DNA of 64,000 nucleotides from NCBI RefSeq assembly GCF_058153355.1, contig NZ_CM177019.1; one strand, 5' to 3'. Shown piece by piece: positions 63,850 to 64,000 of this stretch (position 1 is its first letter; each line of letters starts with the position of its first letter). The notes under the pieces were generated by a model. It saw only the letters and a program-made list of their open reading frames with translations, ran no database searches and was not told where the DNA came from. The position numbers and the translations under genes were made by a program.

Positions 63850-64000
63850 AATTTTTCCAACGCTTCCGAGAGAGCACGGTTATCGAGGTCGGCAACCCCT
63901 TTTTTCGCCACCACCACGAAATCCATAGCCGGGAGTTCATGTTGGCGCAGACGGAAGCTTTCACGCGTCAGACGTTTAATCCGATTGCGTTCATGGGCGC
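63813..64000 (-). CDS. rnpA: RNase P protein component, 3' portion only (5' end beyond window)
   Basis: The reverse-complement frame ends …[12 protein letters not shown] with its stop at 63813-63815 and overlaps the yidD start; the gene continues past the window end. Confidence 0.85.

Noticed and set aside
63779-63964. 61-aa minus-strand ORF at the window end
   Set aside because: Different frame from the recognised rnpA C-terminus (…[12 protein letters not shown]) that occupies the same DNA; spurious.

Overview
This window is the Escherichia coli-type chromosomal origin region, read rrnC to rnpA. The conserved backbone is: 5' end of 23S, tRNA-Glu and 16S rRNA of an rrnC-type operon (minus strand), yieP, hsrA, rbsRKBCAD, kup, ravA-viaA, asnA, asnC, mioC, oriC, mnmG(gidA), rsmG(gidB), atpIBEFHAGDC, glmUS, pstSCAB-phoU, yieH, adeP, chrR, yieE, yidZ, mdtL, tnaCAB, mnmE, yidC, yidD and the 3' end of rnpA. 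Backbone genes were identified by recognising their protein sequences in the supplied ORF translations; no search was run. Four accessory segments interrupt this backbone relative to the K-12 gene order as I recall it. (1) An intact 1426-bp IS4 with a 13-bp target duplication sits in the glmS terminator. (2) A four-gene chaperone-usher fimbrial operon (lpfABCD-like) lies between glmS and pstS. (3) A roughly 5-kb AT-rich island between phoU and yieH, where K-12 carries bgl/yieKL/cbrBC, encodes a family of paralogous pentapeptide-repeat proteins: an 801-aa protein with a coiled-coil tail, a divergently transcribed 396-aa protein, and a degraded partial copy. (4) A roughly 2.5-kb AT-rich insertion between the tna promoter and mnmE encodes an ankyrin-like-repeat protein of about 713 aa that is split into two ORFs at an A7 homopolymer. 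Islands 3 and 4 are the best candidates for an undescribed system; their proteins look like secreted-effector or toxin-like repeat proteins, but this is inference from sequence composition only.
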